Shown: positions 1 through 9,070, counted from the first letter of the stretch. The stretch: DNA of 64,000 bases from Patescibacteria group bacterium (GCA_044238605.1 JBIICY010000006.1:12551-76550), one strand, 5' to 3'. The notes: generated by a model not told the origin, from the sequence alone. Translations and numbers: made by a program.

Positions 1-420
1 ACCAATGTAAAGATGGTTAGCTTCTACAACTTCGGCCCAACTTGTGGCAATGGCAAGAATGTTAGCATTGCGAAATGGCACGTATGTATTCGGTATCTCT
101 TTATCGGGGCACGATGTATCGTGCCCGTGCTCGCTGCTCCCGGCACGATGTATCGTGCCGCTATCGGCATCTCGCATCTGCATTGTTTTATCCGTCAAAC
201 TGCTGCCGCCGATTGCAGCAAGGTGCGAGATGTCTACAACGAGGCGAGGTTCTATGGTGTAATGATCGCAGATGTCGTGAAATGCCTTTAGTTCCCTGTC
301 CTGGGTGCGCTGACCGTAGTTTACGTGTAACGCATAGACTGTATGTCCATCCTTGATGGCGTGAGCTGTTGTTACGCAGCTGTCCATGCCCCCTGACAAC
401 AGAACTATTGCCTTACTCAT
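1..420 (-). CDS. queC: 7-cyano-7-deazaguanine synthase QueC, N-terminal 140 aa (gene runs off the window at position 1)
   Basis: Reverse-strand translation from the ATG at 418-420 gives MSKAIVLLSGGMDSCV...IPNTYVPFRN, the QueC PP-loop SGGxDS motif. The frame is open to position 1. The ORF is absent from the six-frame track because it is truncated. Confidence 0.75.
   Translation of the reverse strand, partial: MSKAIVLLSGGMDSCVTTAHAIKDGHTVYALHVNYGQRTQDRELKAFHDICDHYTIEPRLVVDISHLAAIGGSSLTDKTMQMRDADSGTIHRAGSSEHGHDTSCPDKEIPNTYVPFRNANILAIATSWAEVVEANHLYIG
107..160. repeat. Two copies of a 20-nt near-perfect palindrome (GGGCACGATGTATCGTGCCC at 107-126 and CGGCACGATGTATCGTGCCG at 141-160) separated by 14 nt, lying in-frame inside queC
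   Basis: Read directly from the sequence. The arms GGCACGAT/ATCGTGCC are reverse complements around a GT centre. The whole element is 54 nt, which is 18 codons. Confidence 0.7.
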
Positions 421-1601
421 TGCTTCTTTGCCGCGCGGATTTTTTTGAGGAGTTCTTCTGTCTCAGCCACGTCGGCATCAGCTTCCTTACCCATGTCTAT
501 TGCACGCAGTGCCTGACGTTCTGCTTCATCATACTGCTTGGTCTTGTAGAGAAGCGCAGCATAGGTATCAACAAATGCCCACTTGCTTGCGTCCAGCTTG
601 GTGGTTGTACGCTTCATCGCATCGGCTGCCTTTACAAGCGAAGGATTGTCTTCGCACTTCTCATACATGTTCCACGCAAACTCGTTGATGCCGTCTGCTG
701 TTGCGTCTGCTGTCTGCGACATCTTCTCTACCACGTCGCCCAGTTGCTTCCAGTCTTCTGTGCGGTTGTAATACATGGCCTGTAGACGTTCCCGCATTGT
801 CTCCGCCTGCTCGGGTACAGTCTTTGTAAACAGGTCCGTTGCCTTATCAAGCAGTGACCGATCTTTTTTCACAACAGCATTGTTGAAGATGGACTGCGCA
901 TGCTTCTGTGCTACCTGATCAAACTCTTCGCCGTACAAAGCGCGGTACTCTGCTTCGTGAGCCATAACCCATGCAGTCTGTGCTTCGGTAAGCTGATATC
1001 GCGTGATGATGCTCCACGTCACTTCAGAATACTTGTCCTGTTGCTCATCAAACCATGCCTGAACGGTCTTGGCATCTGCGATCTTCTTGTTCTTGCCCTT
1101 GAGATATGCGCCACGGTGCCAGTCTGGATAGTTCAGATTAAGCTGCGGAGTAATTCCTTTTGCAATCTGCGACTGCGACGGATCCGTCATCTTTACAAGC
1201 GTCTCCAACCAATCCTTTGGCTCTTGATATCCAAGCACGGTATAGGTTGGTGTGCCATCTACAGCGAACACTTTGAATGTTGGATACGAGCTGATGCGGT
1301 ACTTCATGGCTACGTCCACACCTTCGCCAGTTTCCATCTCCATTTTTACATTCACAAAGTTTGCATTCATGAATGCTGCAACCTTGGCATCGGAGAAGGT
1401 CTCCTTGTCCATCACCTTACACCAGCCGCACCAGTCTGTGTAGGCATCGAGAAAGATCGGCTTGTTTGCCTTTTTTGCAAGCTCTAACGCCTGATTCCAT
1501 GATGTAACGGTGGTGAAATTGACGCCGTCGGCATATACAACAACAGCACTCAAGATGAGTGCTGTTACACATGTTGCGAGTCTGGTACTCTTCATGATCA
1601 T
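417..1601 (-). CDS. Secreted thioredoxin-fold protein (CxxC motif WCGWC) with a C-terminal helical domain
   Basis: ORF of 394 aa with an N-terminal signal-like hydrophobic segment. The thioredoxin motif reads DAYTDWCGWCK. The stop overlaps the queC start (ATGA-type overlap at 417-420). Confidence 0.7.
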   Translation of the reverse strand: MIMKSTRLATCVTALILSAVVVYADGVNFTTVTSWNQALELAKKANKPIFLDAYTDWCGWCKVMDKETFSDAKVAAFMNANFVNVKMEMETGEGVDVAMKYRISSYPTFKVFAVDGTPTYTVLGYQEPKDWLETLVKMTDPSQSQIAKGITPQLNLNYPDWHRGAYLKGKNKKIADAKTVQAWFDEQQDKYSEVTWSIITRYQLTEAQTAWVMAHEAEYRALYGEEFDQVAQKHAQSIFNNAVVKKDRSLLDKATDLFTKTVPEQAETMRERLQAMYYNRTEDWKQLGDVVEKMSQTADATADGINEFAWNMYEKCEDNPSLVKAADAMKRTTTKLDASKWAFVDTYAALLYKTKQYDEAERQALRAIDMGKEADADVAETEELLKKIRAAKKQ

Positions 1602-2158
1602 TCTTCCATGACTTCTTTTTCTTTGACCGCAAGGATGTTGTCGAGGTCCTTCACATACTTGTCTGTATGCTTCTGGATATCATCCTCGCCACGTTTACGA
1701 TCATCTTCGCTGAAGTGCTCTGTCTTTTCGGCCTTCTTGAGTTCTTCATTTGCATCGCGACGCACATTACGTACGGCCAGCTTACCCTCTTCGGCGATCT
1801 TCTTGCACTGCTTTACGATGTCTTTGCGACGTTCCTCGGTAAGGGGCGGCACAGAGATCCGAATGATCTGACCGTCGTTCTGTGGCGTAACACCAAGGTT
1901 GGCGGCAAGGATGGCCTTTTCCGTTGGACCAAGCACGGTACGATCCCATGGCTGGATAACGATGGTACGTGCATCCGGCACAGAGATACTACCTACCTGA
2001 CCGATAGGCGTTGGTTCTCCGTAGTATTCAACCTTTACGTTATCGAGCATCGAAGCTGATGCACGACCTGTGCGCACCTTTGCAAGCTGACTCTGCACAT
2101 GGTCTACAGCCTTGGCCATGCTGTGCGATGCGGCATCGACGATTTCTTTTACTGGCAT
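1598..2158 (-). CDS. frr: Ribosome recycling factor
   Basis: 186 aa. The product is called from conserved RRF sequence (…VRTGRASASMLDNVKVEYYG…) and from its position after pyrH. Confidence 0.95.
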   Translation of the reverse strand: MPVKEIVDAASHSMAKAVDHVQSQLAKVRTGRASASMLDNVKVEYYGEPTPIGQVGSISVPDARTIVIQPWDRTVLGPTEKAILAANLGVTPQNDGQIIRISVPPLTEERRKDIVKQCKKIAEEGKLAVRNVRRDANEELKKAEKTEHFSEDDRKRGEDDIQKHTDKYVKDLDNILAVKEKEVMEE

Positions 2159-2159
2159 G

Positions 2160-2882
2160 TTACACGTCCTTTACAATTGTGGCAACCGGTTCTCCAAGCA
2201 TAAGCCGGCGAAGGTTGCCACGTTCGTTCATGTTAAAGACAAGGATCGGCTTGTTGTTTTCAGACGCCATCGTAATGGCCGTCATGTCCATCACCCGAAG
2301 GTTGCGCTCGAGCGTTTCTCTGTACGAGATCGTATCAAAACGCACGGCGTCGGCATGCTTTTCTGGGTCCTTGTCGTAGACTCCGTCAACCCGAGTTCCT
2401 TTGATCACAACGTCGGCTTCGATTTCAACAGCGCGCAGAACGGCTGCAGTATCGGTTGTGAAGTACGGGTTACCGGTGCCTGCCCCAAAAACGACAACGC
2501 GCCCCTTTTCTAGGTGGCGCATTGCACGACGTCGTATAAATCCTTCGGCAATCTGTTCCATGCGGATTGCACTAAGCAATCGCGTTGGAACACCAAGCAG
2601 CTCGAGAGCATTCTGAAATGCCAGACAGTTGATCACCGTGGCCAACATGCCCATGTGATCACCGGAGACCTTGTCGATCCCCATTTCTTCTGCCTGCATC
2701 CCGCGATAGATGTTGCCACCACCGAATACAATTCCAATCTCGATTCCGAGATCGTAGGCTTCTTTGACATCTTCAGCAAACGAGCGCAACGCATCTGCGT
2801 CGATCCCGTATTGCTGTTGTCCCATCAGCGATTCCCCGCTGAGTTTAAGAAGGATCCGCTTGTAGACCGGTGTCATGTCCAC
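2160..2882 (-). CDS. pyrH: UMP kinase
   Basis: 240 aa. The N-terminal [10 protein letters not shown] and FGGGNIYRG motifs are characteristic of amino-acid-kinase-family UMP kinase. Confidence 0.95.
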   Translation of the reverse strand: MDMTPVYKRILLKLSGESLMGQQQYGIDADALRSFAEDVKEAYDLGIEIGIVFGGGNIYRGMQAEEMGIDKVSGDHMGMLATVINCLAFQNALELLGVPTRLLSAIRMEQIAEGFIRRRAMRHLEKGRVVVFGAGTGNPYFTTDTAAVLRAVEIEADVVIKGTRVDGVYDKDPEKHADAVRFDTISYRETLERNLRVMDMTAITMASENNKPILVFNMNERGNLRRLMLGEPVATIVKDV

Positions 2883-2903
2883 CTCTCGATGGTTGTACGT
2901 TGA

Positions 2904-3758
2904 TTAGATCTTATCGCCAAGGTTGTAACGCACGAAGGAAATCACCTTCACGTCGCCCCCTGCAATCTTACCAATCTCTGCAACAACATCAGATACCTTC
3001 TTGCTTGGCTCTTTAACGAATACCTGCTCGATGAGCACGTTTTCTTCATAGTACTTGCCCAGCTTGCCTTGAGCGATGCGCTCTGCGATATCTTCCTTCT
3101 TGCCTTCAGCGATGGCTGCCTGCTTGTAGATCTCAAGTTCCTTGGCAAGCGTATCGTTGTCTACCTGTGAGCGATCAACGAATGACGGCTGCATGGCAGC
3201 GATCTGCATTGCTACGTCACGAAGAAGGGGCTTGGTTGCATCGTTTACTGGTGCGCCTTCTACTTCGAGAAGAACGGCCAGACGTGAACCTGCGTGGATG
3301 TAATCCGCGATGGCACCGTTTGACTGAATGCGCGTATATCGACGCAGACCGATCTTTTCGCTAAACTTTGCAAGGATTTCATCACGAAAGTTAGCAAGTG
3401 TCTTATCGCCGATAGACTCTGACCACAAAGCATCTTCCGAAGCAATGTCCTTGGCCAATACAGTGTCGCAGATGGCGTTTGCAAACGCTACAAACTCATC
3501 GTTGCGAGCAACAAAGTCTGTTTCACAGTTCACTTCAACGATTGCTGCTGTTGTACCGTCGGCTGACGTCTTTGCAAGGACGATACCTTCGTTGGCATCG
3601 CGGTCTGCACGCTTTGCAACCGATGCTGCACCGCGCTTACGAAGCCAATCAATGGCTGCCGCCATGTCTCCGTTGGCTTCTTCAAGAGCCTTCTTGCAAT
3701 CGGCCATTCCAGCGCCGGTTTTTTCGCGTAGTTCTTTTACGTTTTGTGGGCTGATCAT
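2904..3758 (-). CDS. tsf: Elongation factor Ts
   Basis: 284 aa. The N-terminal UBA-like region (VKELREKTGAGMADCKKAL) and the conserved rpsB-tsf-pyrH-frr gene order support the call. Confidence 0.95.
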   Translation of the reverse strand: MISPQNVKELREKTGAGMADCKKALEEANGDMAAAIDWLRKRGAASVAKRADRDANEGIVLAKTSADGTTAAIVEVNCETDFVARNDEFVAFANAICDTVLAKDIASEDALWSESIGDKTLANFRDEILAKFSEKIGLRRYTRIQSNGAIADYIHAGSRLAVLLEVEGAPVNDATKPLLRDVAMQIAAMQPSFVDRSQVDNDTLAKELEIYKQAAIAEGKKEDIAERIAQGKLGKYYEENVLIEQVFVKEPSKKVSDVVAEIGKIAGGDVKVISFVRYNLGDKI

Positions 3759-3788
3759 GATCGTGATTCCGTAGATGTCGTTACTGAA

Positions 3789-4604
3789 TTATTGTTCAGA
3801 GCCTTCGCCCTTGCCGCCTGCCTTGCGGGTGCGGAGCTGACGGCGCACCTTGGTGTCGTCGCCTTCGTTTTCCTTTGCTACTGCTTCACCTGCTGCTGCA
3901 AGATCTGATGCCTTAGCGCGCGCAATGTCGCGTCCTTCGCCAATGGCTCCTGCAAGCACGCCAAGGATCAATTCTACAGCCTTGATCGAATCATCGTTTG
4001 CTGGAATTGGATAATCAACCTGTGATGGATCAGAGTTTGTATCAACTACACCGATTACAGGAATTCCCAGAGTCTTAGCTTCCTTGATGGCAAGGTGCTC
4101 TTTCTTGATGTCCACAACCACAAGCAGGCCTGGGATGCGGGTCATATCCTCGATACCACCAAACACCTTGCGCAGACGGTCGCGCTCGCGGCCGAGCATC
4201 AGACGCTCTTTCTTGGTGATCTTTTCGAATGTTCCATCGCTCTCCATCTTGTCGATAGCACCAAGGCGCTTGATCGACTTACGGATCGTTGTGAAGTTCG
4301 TAAGCATACCGCCGAGCCAACGCTCAGACACATAGTTCGATCCTGACTTACGGGCTTCTGATTCAACAGCACCCTTAGCCTGATTCTTTGTACCAACAAA
4401 CAGCACGCCACGGCCCTGAGATGAAATCTCGTGAGCCGCATCACGTGCGATGTCGATAAGCATTTGTGTTTTGCGCAGGTCGATGATGTGAATCCCGTTG
4501 CGCTCCATGAAAATGAAGCTGCGCATAGCCGGGTTCCAACGGCGCGTAAGGTGTCCGAAGTGTGCTCCGGACTCAAGCAGGGCTTCTAAGCTTACTGCTG
4601 GCAT
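3789..4604 (-). CDS. rpsB: 30S ribosomal protein S2
   Basis: 271 aa; LLESGAHFGHLTRRWNPAM is the S2 signature. A Shine-Dalgarno-like AGAGG lies about 8 nt upstream of the ATG. Confidence 0.95.
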   Translation of the reverse strand: MPAVSLEALLESGAHFGHLTRRWNPAMRSFIFMERNGIHIIDLRKTQMLIDIARDAAHEISSQGRGVLFVGTKNQAKGAVESEARKSGSNYVSERWLGGMLTNFTTIRKSIKRLGAIDKMESDGTFEKITKKERLMLGRERDRLRKVFGGIEDMTRIPGLLVVVDIKKEHLAIKEAKTLGIPVIGVVDTNSDPSQVDYPIPANDDSIKAVELILGVLAGAIGEGRDIARAKASDLAAAGEAVAKENEGDDTKVRRQLRTRKAGGKGEGSEQ

Positions 4605-4720
4605 GGTCTACCTCTTAGGTTGTAGATGGATAAATCCTCTGCATGGTTCGAACCACTGGACCAGACATTGCCCGGCTCCACCAGTGGAATTCCCATACAT
4701 GTGTTGTTTGATTATCGGGA

Positions 4721-5107
4721 TTAACGCTTCGAGAACTGGAAGCGCTTACGTGCCTTCTTCTGACCGTACTTCTTACGCTCAACCATACGTGGGTCGCGTG
4801 TGAGTACGCCAGTTGGGCGGAGCATAGCGCGGAGTTCTTCGTTGTACTCAACGAGTGCACGAGCAACTCCAAGACGGACAGCGCCGGCTTGACCGCTCTT
4901 GCCACCGCCACGCACGTTAACAAACACGTCAAACTGACCATTTGTCTTCGTGAGTTCAAGCGGAAGAATTGCATCACGACGGTAGTTCTCAACCGTGAAG
5001 TACTCTTCAATCGGGAGACGATTAACGAGTACGTGACCCGTGCCGCTCGTGAGGCGAACTTGTGCTACAGATGTTTTACGACGTCCTGTGCCTTGATAGG
5101 TTTTCAT
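4721..5107 (-). CDS. rpsI: 30S ribosomal protein S9
   Basis: 128 aa; the C-terminal [10 protein letters not shown]…[17 protein letters not shown] is typical of S9. Confidence 0.95.
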   Translation of the reverse strand: MKTYQGTGRRKTSVAQVRLTSGTGHVLVNRLPIEEYFTVENYRRDAILPLELTKTNGQFDVFVNVRGGGKSGQAGAVRLGVARALVEYNEELRAMLRPTGVLTRDPRMVERKKYGQKKARKRFQFSKR

Positions 5108-5118
5108 TCTTTTCTCCG

Positions 5119-5589
5119 TTACGCCTTCGTTCCAACATGACGATATGGCAATGCATATGGCTTTGGCTGCTGCGCCACATGAGGATGCTCAGTGCCTGCA
5201 TATACCTTCAGCTTCTTCACCATTTGGCGTCCAAGCGTGTTCTTTGGAAGCATACCTTTCACAGCAAGCTCCACTACTTCTTCTGGCTTTGTCTGCATCA
5301 GCTTCGAGAACGAACGCATACGACCGCCACCAGGATATCCTGTGTTGTGGAAGTATTCCTTTTGTTCTGCGCGCTTGCCTTCCAGAACAACCTTGTCTGC
5401 GTTGATAACAACGACAAAGTCTCCACAGTCTACGTGCGGTGTGAACAATGGCTTATGCTTACCGCGAAGAAGCGTTGCAAGTTGTGTGGCCAGACGTCCA
5501 ACGGTAAGGCCGTTTGCGTCTACTACCCACCAGTCGCGCTTTACATCTTGGTCGCGGATAGATGCTGTTATGTTTCCGTGCTGATTCAT
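5119..5589 (-). CDS. rplM: 50S ribosomal protein L13
   Basis: 156 aa; sits upstream of rpsI in the canonical rplM-rpsI pair. Confidence 0.95.
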   Translation of the reverse strand: MNQHGNITASIRDQDVKRDWWVVDANGLTVGRLATQLATLLRGKHKPLFTPHVDCGDFVVVINADKVVLEGKRAEQKEYFHNTGYPGGGRMRSFSKLMQTKPEEVVELAVKGMLPKNTLGRQMVKKLKVYAGTEHPHVAQQPKPYALPYRHVGTKA

Positions 5590-5640
5590 ACTTCCTTCCC
5601 CGTATGGGGCTCCTGTCTCATATTGGTTTTTTCAGAGCTT

Positions 5641-5648
5641 GCAAACAT
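5641..5648 (-). promoter_or_regulatory. Candidate Bacteroidota-type -7 promoter element TATGTTTG (matches TAnnTTTG) about 50 nt upstream of the rplM ATG
   Basis: The motif is visible on the minus strand (plus-strand CAAACATA). A CCCC-ATAC-GGGG hairpin lies in the putative 5' UTR. That the lineage uses the TAnnTTTG consensus is inference. Confidence 0.25.
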
Positions 5649-5663
5649 AAGGGAGAGAGGGTA

Positions 5664-6812
5664 TTAATCCCAAATGATCGTTGCAAACGATACAGAACTT
5701 TGTGTCTCGAATTCGTCCCACATATCGTAGGCTATCGCTCGCCCCTTGCCTACAGTGTGTGCCGAGTGGGCCAGCATGGTCGGGGCATATCCGCAGATGC
5801 GGTAGGCGTTTCTGTGACGTTCAATGGCGGCGCAATACTGTGCAAGCTTGTTGTCTTCCAAAGCGTTAATGAGGCGTTGGTCTTCGGCTCGCACTACGTC
5901 GGCATACATGGCCGATGGGTGTTCATCTCCAAACTTTCTGCCAACGTGGGCCAGATCTCCGCTGATCAGCCAGAGTACTTCGCGACCGGTAGAGTCCACA
6001 AAATTTTTCAGGTGGTCGGCTACGTTGTTCAGTACATCTGACTCCAAAGCTGCCTGTGTAACCAGTACAGGGAGTATCTCGAATGCCCTTCCGTACCACA
6101 AATGCTGCAGCAAAACTGCATGCAGCTCCAGCGAGTGCTCTGGTTTGTGAGCGATGTCTGCTTCTGCCTTGTAGAAGGGGTGGCTAATCACGGGCACAAC
6201 ACCCAGCGGTGTTTCGAAGGGTTTGTTGGTTACGATGATCGGGTCTTCATCCCAGTAGTGTGAGGTGCCGATCATCACCACAAGGTCTGCCGTGCACGAC
6301 CGCAAATGGGAAAAGGCTTTGCCGTATACGTCTGGTGCAACGCGAAAGTCGATATGCGGCAAGAGCATCATTGTAGGGGGCTTGGGGAGGTCTTTGTCTA
6401 GCGAGGCACCATCTTCCATAGCGTCCAGAAACGTCCGAAGGTCTGCTGGATCTTGTGGGTATGTGGTCCCGGCACATACCGGCGGACGTGTCGGCATCTG
6501 GGACCATTCGGCAACTGCTGCTTCCCGGCGCGCCTCTGCCTGGGGTCCGTCAAAGTACCCCATCTTCTCAAGCTCAGCTAAGAACACCCGGATCTGCATG
6601 ATCTCGGGTCCGCCTACATCTACCCCTGCCGACGCAGCCACATCTGCGATGGTCGTTTCTCCGTCGCACATGCTGAGTATGTCGATCATGTCTGCATGCA
6701 GCATGATCGGCCCTTCGGCAATGCCAAACGGATCGTGAAGCACCAGGTAGTGCTCATCGCCCTCCTGATGCGTTGAGAGCTGAACGTCTATTCGAAACGA
6801 GGGAAGCGTCAT
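5664..6812 (-). CDS. MEMO1-family protein (AmmeMemoRadiSam system protein B-like) carrying a roughly 100-aa N-terminal extension
   Basis: 382 aa. The MEMO-like core starts around …PPVCAGTTYPQDPADL… and continues with the Memo-family His-rich region HIDFRVAPD. This rests on recognising family motifs. Confidence 0.6.
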   Translation of the reverse strand: MTLPSFRIDVQLSTHQEGDEHYLVLHDPFGIAEGPIMLHADMIDILSMCDGETTIADVAASAGVDVGGPEIMQIRVFLAELEKMGYFDGPQAEARREAAVAEWSQMPTRPPVCAGTTYPQDPADLRTFLDAMEDGASLDKDLPKPPTMMLLPHIDFRVAPDVYGKAFSHLRSCTADLVVMIGTSHYWDEDPIIVTNKPFETPLGVVPVISHPFYKAEADIAHKPEHSLELHAVLLQHLWYGRAFEILPVLVTQAALESDVLNNVADHLKNFVDSTGREVLWLISGDLAHVGRKFGDEHPSAMYADVVRAEDQRLINALEDNKLAQYCAAIERHRNAYRICGYAPTMLAHSAHTVGKGRAIAYDMWDEFETQSSVSFATIIWD

Positions 6813-7012
6813 TGTCCCAACGTGCGCTGCAGCTTACGCACTACCCAAACTCCGGCAGCTGCGCTCCCAGCAAACAGGACGGCTGCAACCAGATAAAGCA
6901 TCTCGCCAGTGATCACGGCTGCAACAATGGTGAGAATGATGCAGATACTCGTGCTAACAAGGATGATTGTTAGAGATGACGAAAGCGTTTTCTGTGTGTT
7001 CTTCTGGCTCAT
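6809..7012 (-). CDS. Small membrane protein with two transmembrane helices (hypothetical)
   Basis: 67-aa ORF made of two hydrophobic helices. It has 4-nt start/stop overlaps with both flanking genes, which suggests translational coupling within an operon. Confidence 0.35.
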   Translation of the reverse strand: MSQKNTQKTLSSSLTIILVSTSICIILTIVAAVITGEMLYLVAAVLFAGSAAAGVWVVRKLQRTLGQ

Positions 7013-7542
7013 CGTTGTGTTCTGATGTTAAAATTTTCTCTGTAAGACTTCACGTAGTCAATGTAATTCTGAGCCCCTTGCTCGAGCTTGCGGCATTCCT
7101 CGTCGGTTATCTCGCGAACAATCTTGGCAGGCACTCCGGCAACCAGTGTTCGTGGAGGAACAACAAAATTCTCACGGACAACTGCGCCGGCAGCTACGAT
7201 ACTATACGCGCCAACAACAGCCCCATTTAGCACTGTGGCGTTCATACCAACCTGTGCGTAATCTTCGATGACACATCCGTGTAGCACAACGCTGTGCCCT
7301 ACCGTTACGCCATTTCCAATCGTAAGAGAATGGGTGTTGCACTGCACGTGCAGCATCGATAGATCCTGGATGTTTGTGCGCTCGCCGATGCGTATCTGGT
7401 GCACGTCCCCGCGAATCACAACATTAAACCAGACCGAGCTGTCGCGTCCGATGTGCACGTCTCCGACGATGACTGATCCTTGCCCAACGAATACCGTGGG
7501 GTCTAGGGAAGGGGTGATGTTGGCGTAGGGAAGAAGGTGCAT
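7009..7542 (-). CDS. Gamma-class carbonic anhydrase / hexapeptide-repeat (left-handed beta-helix) family protein
   Basis: Hexapeptide repeats are present (VFVGQGSVIVGDVHIGRDSSVWFNVVIRGD…). The start is placed at the internal Met (MHLLPYANIT) because the upstream part of the ORF is just the translated heptanucleotide repeat. Confidence 0.8.
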   Translation of the reverse strand: MHLLPYANITPSLDPTVFVGQGSVIVGDVHIGRDSSVWFNVVIRGDVHQIRIGERTNIQDLSMLHVQCNTHSLTIGNGVTVGHSVVLHGCVIEDYAQVGMNATVLNGAVVGAYSIVAAGAVVRENFVVPPRTLVAGVPAKIVREITDEECRKLEQGAQNYIDYVKSYRENFNIRTQR

Positions 7543-7620
7543 GGGCAATGACGAATGACGAATGACGAATGACGAATGACGGGTTACTGGGTACTGGGTA
7601 CGGGTTACTGGGTACTGGTT
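7543..7620. repeat. Heptanucleotide tandem-repeat array: (GACGAAT)x4 followed by about six imperfect GGTTACT/GGGTACT units
   Basis: Read directly from the sequence. The array fills the whole spacer between the CCA stop (7619) and the gamma-CA start (7542). On the coding strand of the downstream gene, (GTCATTC)x4 ends 3 nt before the ATG. Confidence 0.8.
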
Positions 7621-9070
7621 ACCCGCGGCGGCCGAATTCTGCTGTTGGTCCATCGAGTTTCCACTGGTCGATGTTGTTCAAAAGATATGCGCGTGCTGCT
7701 TCGGGTTCGTTAGGAATGATGCCGTCGAGGATTGCCTCTTCGATCATCCACTTCATGTAGCCAAGTGTTCTACACGGACCGAGTCCGCTAAGTTCCATGA
7801 GTTCTTCGCCCCGTATGGGGCTTTGAAATGCCCGTAGCTGATCGCGCTCTCGTACGTCAATAAGTTTAGACTCTACGATATCGTAGTTACGCAGGTACTT
7901 TGCTGCACGAGATGGATTACGCGTTGTGATGTCTGCTCGGCACAGCATAAACAGGTCGTTGATCGCGTCCCCTGCCTGCACCGCCAAACGCCGTATCGCA
8001 GAGTCGGTAACGCCTTCGTCTACAAGCATCATCGGACGTTGGTGCAGGCGCACGAGCGTCTGTACGTATTCCAGATGATGGAGTGGCAGCTTTAACCGAC
8101 GGAAAATCTTCTCCTGCCAGCGTGCGCCAACTTCTTCGTGACCGTGGAACGTCCACCCTGACCCTTCAATAAACTTCTTCGTTCGTGGCTTTGCGATATC
8201 ATGCATGAGTGTTGCAAAGCGCAGCCATACGTTGTCTGACATTTGCGCAAGGTTATCAACCACCTGCAGTGTGTGAAGGAACACATCCTTGTGCTGAAAC
8301 TCCCGCGAGCCCCGTTCAACAATATCAACTCCGCCGAGATTATGCACTTCAGGAAAGATGTGTTTCATCAGCCCCGTATCATAAAGATGTTTAAGTCCGA
8401 TACTTGGCTTGCGGGCCTGCATGATCTTGAGGAACTCATCGGTAATGCGTTCCTGGGAGATGATACTGATGCGGTCTGCCATGGACGACATCGCCTCCAG
8501 CACCGAGGGCTCCACTTCGAACTCGAGCTGTGCTGCAAACCGAGCTGCACGCATCATCCGTAAGGGGTCATCGCTCATTGTCACTACTGGATCAAGGGGC
8601 GTGCGCAGAATTCGCCGACCAATGTCCCGGCTACCATCGAAGAGATCGATCACTTCGCCGAGGTCGTCTGCATTGAGGCCCGCAGCGAGCGCGTTAACAG
8701 TGAAGTCGCGTCGACGCAGATCGTCATCGAGCGTTCCCTCTACAACGATTGGTTTCCGGGAGCTCTCGTGATACTCCTCTCTGCGGGTACCAACAAACTC
8801 AACCTGATAGTCGCCGATCGGCACCATGGCTGTTCTGAAGTTTGCAAACTCTACGGTTTTTGATCGGAACAGGTCTGCAACAGCGCGAGCAAACTCAAGC
8901 GGATCGCCCTGCACGGTGATGTCAATGTCGGTTCTCGTCCGTCCCATTAGGGCATCGCGCACATACCCGCCCACTACATACGCACGAATCCCACGTTCAT
9001 GGGCGAGCGCAGCAATGCGCAAGAGCACGGGATCGGAGATCTCGATCACGGTCTTCGATGATGTATGCAC
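7619..9070 (-). CDS. CCA-adding tRNA nucleotidyltransferase / poly(A) polymerase-family protein with an HD domain
   Basis: 483 aa; carries the nucleotidyltransferase motif GGYVRDALMGRTRTDIDI. An HD-like phosphohydrolase region follows the head domain. Confidence 0.85.
   Translation of the reverse strand: MHTSSKTVIEISDPVLLRIAALAHERGIRAYVVGGYVRDALMGRTRTDIDITVQGDPLEFARAVADLFRSKTVEFANFRTAMVPIGDYQVEFVGTRREEYHESSRKPIVVEGTLDDDLRRRDFTVNALAAGLNADDLGEVIDLFDGSRDIGRRILRTPLDPVVTMSDDPLRMMRAARFAAQLEFEVEPSVLEAMSSMADRISIISQERITDEFLKIMQARKPSIGLKHLYDTGLMKHIFPEVHNLGGVDIVERGSREFQHKDVFLHTLQVVDNLAQMSDNVWLRFATLMHDIAKPRTKKFIEGSGWTFHGHEEVGARWQEKIFRRLKLPLHHLEYVQTLVRLHQRPMMLVDEGVTDSAIRRLAVQAGDAINDLFMLCRADITTRNPSRAAKYLRNYDIVESKLIDVRERDQLRAFQSPIRGEELMELSGLGPCRTLGYMKWMIEEAILDGIIPNEPEAARAYLLNNIDQWKLDGPTAEFGRRG

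Noticed and set aside
7543-7653. N-terminal 37 aa of the track ORF 7009-7653 (MDQQQNSAAAGNQYPVTRTQYPVTRHSSFVIRHSSFVIRHSS…)
   Set aside because: It is simply the translation of the heptanucleotide repeat array. The gamma-CA start is the internal Met at 7542. The same reasoning applies to 47352-47519 upstream of the SDR gene.
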